Origin: Chthoniobacteraceae bacterium
GTDB lineage: Bacteria > Verrucomicrobiota > Verrucomicrobiia > Chthoniobacterales > Chthoniobacteraceae
NCBI GenBank assembly: GCA_037190965.1
Contig: JBBCKI010000063.1
Location: forward strand, 18,206 to 82,205
DNA: 64,000 nucleotides
Direction of reading: 5' to 3'
The notes under the pieces were generated by a model. It made no database searches. It was not told where the DNA came from and worked only from the letters and a program-made list of their open reading frames with translations. A program made the translations under genes and the position numbers. Shown in pieces: positions 19,871 to 27,347 of this stretch. Every line of letters starts with the position of its first letter. Position 1 is the first letter of the stretch.

Positions 19871-21048
19871 ACCAGACCTTTCAGGACGACTTGACTAGTG
19901 AACTCGCGCGCCTACGGCAGGCGGGTACTTACAAGCACTTTCACACCATCGACTCTCCGCAGGGGCCGCTCGTGCAGATGGACGGAAAGGAAGACGTCGT
20001 CGTCCTCTCTTCCAACAACTACCTCGGCCTGGCAAACAACCCCGAGGTTGTGCAGGCGGGCATTCGCGCGCTGGAGAAGTATGGAGCGGGAACGGCTTCC
20101 GTTCGCTTTATCTGCGGGAAGTTCGGCATCCATCAGGAGCTTGAAGACGAAGTAGCCGCGTTTGTCGGCACGGAGGCTTCCCTCTCCTTCGTCTCCTGCT
20201 GGACTGCGACGGAGGGGCTCTTCCCCACGATTGCGGATGAAAACACCGCCATCTTCTCCGACGAACTCAATCACGCCTGCATCATCGATGCCTGCCGCCT
20301 AGCCAGCAAAGCGAAGCGCACGGTCTACAAACACGCCAATGTCGACGATCTCCGCGCAAAGCTTGAGCTGCATCGGGACACCCATCGCAAGATCGTCGTG
20401 ACCGATGGCGTCTTCAGCATGGAAGGCGACCTCGCCCCATTGCCCGACCTCGTCGAGATCTGCCGCGAATACAATGCCATCCTCGTGGTGGACGATTCCC
20501 ACGGCACCGGCGTCGTCGGCAAGACAGGGCGCGGCGTGGCTGAACACTTCGGGTTGCTCAACGAGATCGACATCATCACGGGAACACTAGGCAAAGCGCT
20601 CGGCGGCGCGGCAGGTGGCTTCGTTGCAGGCCCTCGCCCGTTGATTCAATATCTGGAACAGAAAGCGCGCACCCAACTCTTCAGCAACGCGCTCCCCGCC
20701 ACCGTCGCGGGAAGCGCCCTCGAAGCATTAAGGCAATTGAAGGTGCATCCCGAATGGGTCGAACGCCTGCATGAGAACACCGCGTGGTTCCGCAAGGCGC
20801 TGCGCGATGCCGGATTTGATCCGCTTGAAGGCGACTCGGCCATCGTGCCCGTCATCATCGGTGAAACGGCAGAGGCCATCCGCGTCAGCGAAGAACTTCT
20901 CCGCCACGGAATCTTTGTCACCGGCTTCGGCTACCCGGTCGTGCCCGAAGGCAAAGCCCGAATTCGTTTCCAGGTTTCAGCCGCCCACACCCGCGAGCAT
21001 CTGGAGAAAGCGCTTGCGGCGCTTAAGGCCGTACGGCCGCAGAAATGA
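19867..21048 (+). CDS. kbl: Glycine C-acetyltransferase (2-amino-3-ketobutyrate CoA ligase)
   Basis: Motifs SNNYLGLA, ASVRFICG, TDGVFSMEGD, GTLGKALGG and YPVVPEGKARIR are present. It has an ATGA overlap with tdh. Confidence 0.95.
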   Translation: MNQTFQDDLTSELARLRQAGTYKHFHTIDSPQGPLVQMDGKEDVVVLSSNNYLGLANNPEVVQAGIRALEKYGAGTASVRFICGKFGIHQELEDEVAAFVGTEASLSFVSCWTATEGLFPTIADENTAIFSDELNHACIIDACRLASKAKRTVYKHANVDDLRAKLELHRDTHRKIVVTDGVFSMEGDLAPLPDLVEICREYNAILVVDDSHGTGVVGKTGRGVAEHFGLLNEIDIITGTLGKALGGAAGGFVAGPRPLIQYLEQKARTQLFSNALPATVAGSALEALRQLKVHPEWVERLHENTAWFRKALRDAGFDPLEGDSAIVPVIIGETAEAIRVSEELLRHGIFVTGFGYPVVPEGKARIRFQVSAAHTREHLEKALAALKAVRPQK

Positions 21049-21097
21049 CGCCACACGTCCTGCTCCGATTCTCGTTCACTTCTCCAGAGCAGTTCCA

Positions 21098-21282
21098 AGT
21101 GTCCTGAATCGGAAAAAACCCTCGTTCCCAAACTCCGTTTGGGAACGCCGGTGTCTTCGAAACTCCAGTTTCGCAGCCCTGTCCGTTCGGGCACCCTGCA
21201 CGAGACAAGAAGGCTTTCGAATCAGAGATTCGGGGACAATGGCATTACCAATCTGGAGATTGGTAACGAGGAAAATGCTCTA
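21098..21282 (+). repeat. Repeat family D copy 1: REP-like doublet with MITE-like outer ends
   Basis: The core CTCGTTCCCAAACTCCGTTTGGGAACG ... CATTACCAATCTGGAGATTGGTAACGAG (21121-21270) has a close copy at 48919-49064. Confidence 0.85.
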
Positions 21283-21354
21283 GGGTCGTACGACGCCAAA
21301 CGCCCTACTCCCATTCTCGTTGACTTCTTCATGGCGCTTCCTAGGTTCCTTGCC

Positions 21355-22824
21355 GTGAATTCGGCTCATCCCTCCTTCGCGCATTGCGGAATGCACCTCG
21401 ACCTCCGCGTGCAAGCTCTTACCCGCAAGGCACTCTCCACCCTGGCCCGTGAGGTCGCCGCGCTGGGCCTCAACACACTGATGATCGAATGGGAAGGGAC
21501 TTACCCGTTTGAAAAGCACCCGCTGATCTCCAACGAGTATGCCTACACACGGGAGGAACTGACTAGCTTCATCAAGGAATGTTCCGAGTGGGGCATCGAA
21601 GTGATCCCGCTTCAGCAATGTTTCGGGCACGTGGAATACATCCTGGAGCATGCTCCCTACGCTTCCCTGCGCGAAAGCCGGTCGGACATTTGCCAGATTT
21701 GCCCCTGCAAGGGGAAGGAGGCATTGGCTCTTTTTGAAGAGATCTTCCGTGACATTGCGTCCACCCACCCATCGCCGTACATCCACATCGGCGGCGACGA
21801 AACTTATCTCCTCGGTCACTGCCCGGAATGCCGCGCCAAAGCTGAGAAAGAAGGCAAGTCAAAGCTTTACGTCGACTACTTTAAGGAGATCGCCCGACTC
21901 ATCGTCAAACTTGGCAAACGCCCTCTTCTCTGGGCCGATATGCTGCTCAAAAACCCCGGAGCCGCCAAGGGAATGCCGAAAGAGTGCGTCTTCGTCGATT
22001 GGAACTATGGCTGGAAGCCGAATCACTTTGGCGATCTCGATGAGCTAAAAGATAAATTTGAATTCTGGGGTGCCCCCGCGCTTCGTTCCCACCCGGACAA
22101 CCACTCACTGGCCACCTGGGAAACGCATTTCAATAACCTCCGCGACTTCGTTCCCTTTGCCCGCTCAGCCGGGTATAAAGGATTGATCCTGACCTCGTGG
22201 TCGACCTCGGGCATCTATGGTTACCATTGGGAGATGCCGGGCGACCTGCTGGAACTTCTCCCCATGCGCCGGGTCTATCCTCTCGCGGGCTTTCGCATTC
22301 TGAAAGTCGCGTTTGCCGAGGCAGTCCACCAGCCGGGCTCGTTTGAGCCGGAGGCGTTCGTCACTCGCTATGCACAGGAGACTTTCGGACTCACTGCAGC
22401 AGAAGGCAGCAAACTCTGGAAAGCGCTGACTGCCAATGCCACCGTCGCCACCATCAATGCCGACCTGGACGTCATCGGCAAAGAAACGGCGCAGGCCAGC
22501 CGCACCCTGGCCTCGCTTCAACCACGCCGCAACAAGAGAGAGTTCGAACATCTTCGATTGATCAGCGATTTACGAGACTTTCACGTTCGCTTCCGCAAAA
22601 TCGAAGTCCAAGTGCCGGTCGGACGATCGGCTCCCGCCCTTCTCAAGAAGCTTGTCGCGAAGCTGGAAGCCTTGTTGGAAGAAAACAAGGAACTCAGCCG
22701 CCGATATCTCCGTCTCAATAAAGGTGATCTTTATCCGGCTGAACTTCGAGAAGAGCTCCGTTACCGGACACTAAAGCTGACAAAGCTTCACCGTCGCCTG
22801 ACACGGGCGGGCCGGGTGGATTGA
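21355..22824 (+). CDS. Glycoside hydrolase family 20 (beta-N-acetylhexosaminidase-like), no signal peptide
   Basis: Motifs MHLDLR, IPLQQCFGH, catalytic IHIGGDE, LWADM and DWNY are present. The GTG start at 21355 lies 7 nt after TAGGTT; the longer ORF start runs into repeat D. Confidence 0.88.
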   Translation: MNSAHPSFAHCGMHLDLRVQALTRKALSTLAREVAALGLNTLMIEWEGTYPFEKHPLISNEYAYTREELTSFIKECSEWGIEVIPLQQCFGHVEYILEHAPYASLRESRSDICQICPCKGKEALALFEEIFRDIASTHPSPYIHIGGDETYLLGHCPECRAKAEKEGKSKLYVDYFKEIARLIVKLGKRPLLWADMLLKNPGAAKGMPKECVFVDWNYGWKPNHFGDLDELKDKFEFWGAPALRSHPDNHSLATWETHFNNLRDFVPFARSAGYKGLILTSWSTSGIYGYHWEMPGDLLELLPMRRVYPLAGFRILKVAFAEAVHQPGSFEPEAFVTRYAQETFGLTAAEGSKLWKALTANATVATINADLDVIGKETAQASRTLASLQPRRNKREFEHLRLISDLRDFHVRFRKIEVQVPVGRSAPALLKKLVAKLEALLEENKELSRRYLRLNKGDLYPAELREELRYRTLKLTKLHRRLTRAGRVD

Positions 22825-23908
22825 GGAGATGGGCATCGAACAGGGGGGCTCCGTCGCCGTCGCTCCATTCACAACCCGAACGTTGGCGGCACGAATCGCC
22901 AACAGAAGGTAAAGGCTCAACAGTCTCGATGATGTCGCTCCTGGACGCCGTCACGTTGGGCCTTGGCTGGAGCCATTGAGCATCAGGCACACTCCCCTCC
23001 AGCCAGGCAATCAACGCGGAAGGAAAGTTGGCTCCCGCCCTGTGAGAAAATGGGTAGCCTCCGCCAATGCGCGGATTGAGATCGATCACCCAAAGCTCTC
23101 CCCGGGCCAAAAAAACATCGCAATCAAGAATTCCGATGTGACGCAATCCTTCGCCCAATTTCCTGCCAAGCTCTTCAAAACGGCTATCTTCAAGCGTCGT
23201 CGCCCTGTCAGTCATTCCCGCACGCATCCGGTGTTTGCATCTGACGAAGGTGGTAACATAGCGCCCTTCCAGATCATTGACGACGTCGAGGCCATACTCC
23301 TGTCCCTCAAGACAATTCTGGATGAGGATGCACTGGTTCCGGTCACCGGGACAGTCTCTTGCCAAGCGCTTCTCGAGTAACCGATAGGCCAAAACGAGCT
23401 CCGTCACATCATGCACAATCTCACACCCCTGGGAACTGACACCGAAGCGGGGCTTCAGCATGACCGGAAATGTCAAACTCCCGCAAGCAAGGGCTTCGCG
23501 CGCGCTGGGTAGCGTTGAATAGCTCACCGGCGCCAGGATGCCGCGTTGGTTCAAAAATTCTGCGGCGGCAAATTTATCGTAACATGTCTGTACGATAGAT
23601 GGGGACGAAACGAGAATCGTTGTCCCGATCGCACGAAACAATGTTTGCCGCTGACTCAGGATCAGCAACTCCGGCTCAAAGGCAGGAACGAGAACTCTTA
23701 CCTCTTCTTCAATGCAGATCTCTCTTAAGACCTCGGCATAGGAAGGATGGTCACATGGAGGAACCAGACAGGCAATGTCCGCATGTTTCAAAGAGGGCGA
23801 ATCCACGCTTGAGTCGCAAACGATCACTTTCCCTTTTCCCTTTAGGGCGGCTTTGAAAAATTCGATAAGATATCCCCGCCGCCCGATACAAGTGAGCAAA
23901 ACGTTCAT
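22715..23908 (-). CDS. ATP-grasp domain protein (CarB-like family typical of polysaccharide loci)
   Basis: Motifs MNVLLTCIGRRGYL, CYDKF, KPRFGVSS, GQEYGLDV and IDLNPRIGGGYP are present. The C-terminal tail overlaps the GH20 gene. Confidence 0.82.
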   Translation of the reverse strand: MNVLLTCIGRRGYLIEFFKAALKGKGKVIVCDSSVDSPSLKHADIACLVPPCDHPSYAEVLREICIEEEVRVLVPAFEPELLILSQRQTLFRAIGTTILVSSPSIVQTCYDKFAAAEFLNQRGILAPVSYSTLPSAREALACGSLTFPVMLKPRFGVSSQGCEIVHDVTELVLAYRLLEKRLARDCPGDRNQCILIQNCLEGQEYGLDVVNDLEGRYVTTFVRCKHRMRAGMTDRATTLEDSRFEELGRKLGEGLRHIGILDCDVFLARGELWVIDLNPRIGGGYPFSHRAGANFPSALIAWLEGSVPDAQWLQPRPNVTASRSDIIETVEPLPSVGDSCRQRSGCEWSDGDGAPLFDAHLLNPPGPPVSGDGEALSALVSGNGALLEVQPDKDHLY

Positions 23909-24261
23909 TGATCTTTTCTTTCCGGGTGATTTTCGCAGTTTTTGCCCGAGCACTCATTGGTTTCCTTCATGCATCAGGTTTTCGGGAAAGTGCCTGAATT
24001 TTTTGCCGCAGCTCCCCGGCGGATAATGGCTTTTCGGGGATAAAACATGGATTTTTGGGGTAAAACGACGCAATTAAGGCCCGGCGAATCGAGATTCACC
24101 GGGCTGAGGAGCGACGTTTTGAGCCAAAGAGACGCTTTTAGCCCGATCTCCAATGCTGGAGCGAGCGGAACTGCGCAAGAGCCTGGAGCAGAAACGGTTG
24201 AGGAGAAGCGCGGTCGTATCCTTTGATACGACGCGTTTCGACGAAGTCGTTTATGCCCAGG

Positions 24262-24335
24262 AAATTGCGCAAGGCCGCCGTGATCAACTTCGGAGTTCGG
24301 GTTTAGCACAGGGGTGGCAGGGCGATGGAATTCAC
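24262..24335. repeat. Degenerate copy of the sequence adjoining the tmRNA 3' end (putative att remnant)
   Basis: AAATTGCGCAAGGCCGC-11 nt-TCGGAGTTCGGGTTT matches 32569-32610. It is followed by GTGGCAGGGCGATGGAATTCAC, which resembles the tmRNA 3' end GTGGAGGCGAGGGGAGTTGAAC. Confidence 0.6.
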
Positions 24336-24789
24336 GGGAAGTACCAATCCGACCGCGAGCATCGAAATTTCAACACAGCTATCGCTACAGACATGGCGTT
24401 CGGCCTCAAGTTTTCGCGGAATAAGCTCCCCTTTCGGCGATTTTCAATCATACAAAATAAGAAACCCTTATCAAGATCACCCTCAGTCCTCTAATGTCCT
24501 GATTCCAGAAGCGCAGTTCTCCTCATTTCGGGCGGAAAAGGTCACGGGGGGTATTCACCCCTCTTACGTTGAGACCAAAGCGCCTCCGATAATACGAAAT
24601 CGCTCCCTCCTGAAGAAGAATCTGACGATGTGCCGCGCCAGTGCCTCCGGCTTCAGAAATCAAAGAGGATGGGTTACGGCTTGCAGATTTTGAGGAATCC
24701 GAGCAAAGATGAATCAAACTTTTATAAAACCTTAAAAGCGAGCGCCTCCAAACCGCTCGGAGACAAATATTTAATCCAAATTTGATCCA

Positions 24790-25917
24790 ATGAGGGACTT
24801 ATCCAGTATGCGTTCGGAGCCGACCTCGCAGTTAAAATTGCTGCTGGTTGAGGACGACGCCTCCGTGCTCGCGGCGCTACGGATGTTTTTGAAGTCCGAC
24901 TATGAAATTCATTCGGCGTCCACGGTGAGCGCCGGGATAAATCTCTTCAAAACCCTGCAGCCTGCGCTCGTACTGCTGGACTTGCGCCTTCCGGATGGAG
25001 ATGGACTGAATGCCTTGCGCGAGATACGGCTAATTAGTGCAACGGCCCCCGTGATTATCCTAACCGGTTACGCCTCAATGGGATCCATTGAAGAGTCCCT
25101 GCGCCTCGGAGCTTCCGATTTTCTGCATAAACCGTTCAAGGGATTCGAGCTGAAGTCGCGAATCGATCAATTGACCGGCCGAAATGCACCGCCCCCTCCC
25201 CCTAAAACTCCGGAAGAAAACGAAGAGCAGAAAAAAAAAGAACTGACTGAACTGGAATATCGGGCAAATGCCTCCGCGATGTTTCTGCACGATGCCGCCG
25301 GGCCGGTAACGACCGCGATGACGGCTGCCCAATTTCTAAACGAAGCGATCACCGCATCCCCTGATCACTTCGACCAAAGCTTGCATAAAATGAGCAAGCT
25401 CTTGTGCGATGCGATGAACCTTATCTCGGGGCTGTTTGAACAGAGCCGTTCCATCGAGCAATTATGCGACATGGTGGCCACGGAAGTCCCCGTCTTGAAG
25501 ATTCTCGGCCCGACCATCGACCTGCTGCGCCCGAAAATCAGGAGTCGCGACATTACGATGAATGTTGAGGGAAAGCTTGAACATACTAGGTTGAGAGTTA
25601 ATCATCTTGCATTGATTCGAGTCCTTTCCAATCTCCTGCACAACGCCATCGATGCCGTGGAAGACAATACTGGCAGGGTCAACCTGACCATGAATCTAGA
25701 AAAAAAATGGGTTGAGTTTACCATTCAGGACAATGGTTCCGGCATCCCCCCTCAATACATGGAAAAAATTTTCGAAGCCCATTTTACAACCAAACCGGAA
25801 GGAACCGGCATGGGCCTCTATATCTGCAAACACCTGATAGACAGCATGGAAGGCATGCTTACTGTACGAAATGAACCCGGCCACGGGTGCTGCTTCTCGG
25901 TTAAAATCCCTCGCTAA
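24790..25917 (+). CDS. Response regulator-histidine kinase hybrid (REC-HisKA-HATPase), PhcR-like architecture
   Basis: It has a REC domain (VEDD..LLDLRLPD..KPF), H-box FLHDAAGP, N-box NLLHNAIDA, DNGSG and GTGMGL. An alternative start is at 24808. Confidence 0.85.
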   Translation: MRDLSSMRSEPTSQLKLLLVEDDASVLAALRMFLKSDYEIHSASTVSAGINLFKTLQPALVLLDLRLPDGDGLNALREIRLISATAPVIILTGYASMGSIEESLRLGASDFLHKPFKGFELKSRIDQLTGRNAPPPPPKTPEENEEQKKKELTELEYRANASAMFLHDAAGPVTTAMTAAQFLNEAITASPDHFDQSLHKMSKLLCDAMNLISGLFEQSRSIEQLCDMVATEVPVLKILGPTIDLLRPKIRSRDITMNVEGKLEHTRLRVNHLALIRVLSNLLHNAIDAVEDNTGRVNLTMNLEKKWVEFTIQDNGSGIPPQYMEKIFEAHFTTKPEGTGMGLYICKHLIDSMEGMLTVRNEPGHGCCFSVKIPR

Positions 25918-25919
25918 TT

Positions 25920-27347
25920 ATGACTGCCCCGAACTCTGAAACCGATAATGACAGCATTATCGTTTGCGAAAACAGCCAAGGCGTTACCGTTCGTGCCATC
26001 CTACTCAGGATGACTCGCTATACGGTGAGCTTCGAAGTCTACAATCCTTACAGCATCCTTCAGCTTTCCGAAGTTCTGGGAAGCTTTCGGATCATCATCG
26101 GCGGAAAAATCCTTTACTCAGGGCGAGGGATTGTCTGCAACATGGTCAATACGGGCATCGTGCTCGTTTGCGAAGCCTCGCTCGATGAGGAAAGCTGGCT
26201 TGAGCTTGATCTCCTCGCCCCGTGGGCGCAGGTGGAGCGGCTCGCAAGTGACTTTGAACGCATCGTCTCCGAATGGGGAAAGATGGAGCAGGTGTCACCC
26301 GAGCTCAAGGTGATCGTCTCCGACATGCAGACACTTCTTTCCGACATGCGGCGTTGGCTCGAACAGGTCGAGCTTGCCATTCGTTCGGGCTCTCCCCCCG
26401 AAAGAAGGAAGCTGGAGCTGACGATCATCGAACGGCTCAACACCTTGATTCTTCCGGTCACTCAAAAGCTTTTCGAGCGGTTCGAGGAGATTGCCGGAGG
26501 CACCAAGGACGAAGTTGTGGCGGTGCATCGCGCCTACGCGCGTCGCCAGCTTCACCCTCTCGTGCTTTGCTCCCCCTTCCTGCACCGGACTTTTCAGAAG
26601 CCGCTTGGCTACGCCGGCGACTACGAGATGGTCAACATGATCTTGCGGGATCCCGTCGAAGGCGCCTCTCTCTTCGCCAAGATGCTCAACAGTCACTTTG
26701 TTGGCGTCGCGCCTGCGGAAGCACATCGCAATCGGGTCACCTACCTGACTGAAATGCTCAGCAGGGAGACGCGCCGCCGGGCCAAGCTTGGTTTGAACAC
26801 CAGGTTCTTCAATCTCGGCTGCGGACCCGCCAAGGAAGTGCAGAACTTCCTTAACGATGATGACTTGTGTGATCGCGCCGAGCTGGCATTGCTCGACTTC
26901 AACGACGAAACGCTCGCACAAACAGGAACGCTTCTGACCGACATCAAGATGAAGCTTCGCCGGTCAACACGGCTGCACATGATCAAGCGCTCCGTGCACC
27001 AGATCCTCAAGGAGGGGGCGCGCATCGGGGAAGTCGATACGGGAGCAAAGTACGACGTGGTTTATTGCGCCGGGCTCTTCGACTATCTTTCCGACCGTAT
27101 CTGCCATCGTCTGCTCGAGATTTTCTACGAAATGCTCGCCCCGGGCGGCCTTCTTGTGGCGACGAATGTCGAAGCGTCAAACCCGGCACGGGGGATGATG
27201 GAGTATTTAATGGACTGGCACCTGATCTACCGGACCGGAGATCAACTCAAAGCGCTCGCGCCCAAGGGTGCGCTCCCCGAGAACATCGCCATTACCGCCG
27301 ATGTTACGGGCGTTAACATCTTCCTTGAAGTCACCAAGCCGCAATGA
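25920..27347 (+). CDS. phcB: PhcB-like class I SAM-dependent methyltransferase (3-hydroxy fatty acid methyl ester signal synthase family)
   Basis: Motifs recalled from Ralstonia PhcB run along the whole length: NSQG, EVYNPYSILQLSEVL, VNTG, KPLGYAGDYEMVN, AHRNR, NLGCGPAKE, VYCAGLFDYLSD, MEYLMDWHLIYR and TGVNIFLE. The size (475 aa) is similar. Confidence 0.85.
   Translation: MTAPNSETDNDSIIVCENSQGVTVRAILLRMTRYTVSFEVYNPYSILQLSEVLGSFRIIIGGKILYSGRGIVCNMVNTGIVLVCEASLDEESWLELDLLAPWAQVERLASDFERIVSEWGKMEQVSPELKVIVSDMQTLLSDMRRWLEQVELAIRSGSPPERRKLELTIIERLNTLILPVTQKLFERFEEIAGGTKDEVVAVHRAYARRQLHPLVLCSPFLHRTFQKPLGYAGDYEMVNMILRDPVEGASLFAKMLNSHFVGVAPAEAHRNRVTYLTEMLSRETRRRAKLGLNTRFFNLGCGPAKEVQNFLNDDDLCDRAELALLDFNDETLAQTGTLLTDIKMKLRRSTRLHMIKRSVHQILKEGARIGEVDTGAKYDVVYCAGLFDYLSDRICHRLLEIFYEMLAPGGLLVATNVEASNPARGMMEYLMDWHLIYRTGDQLKALAPKGALPENIAITADVTGVNIFLEVTKPQ

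Noticed and set aside
21098..21282. Palindromic repeats as a possible CRISPR array or integron attC sites
   Set aside because: There is no regularly spaced repeat-spacer series, no cas gene and no integron integrase. The repeats are dispersed doublets.
21139..21354. N-terminal extensions of the GH20 ORF (and likewise of the protease at 3314-3448)
   Set aside because: The extensions are translated repeat DNA (families D and A). Better starts lie downstream.
23324..23333. GAGGATGCAC, matching the tRNA-Lys 3' end, as a possible attR
   Set aside because: It is only 10 bp, lies inside an intact coding region and has no supporting boundary, so it is probably chance.
23974..24717. Several 64-122 aa ORFs between the ATP-grasp gene and the phc-like cassette
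   Set aside because: They overlap each other and the att-like repeat and show no motifs. The region is better read as a junction plus promoter DNA.
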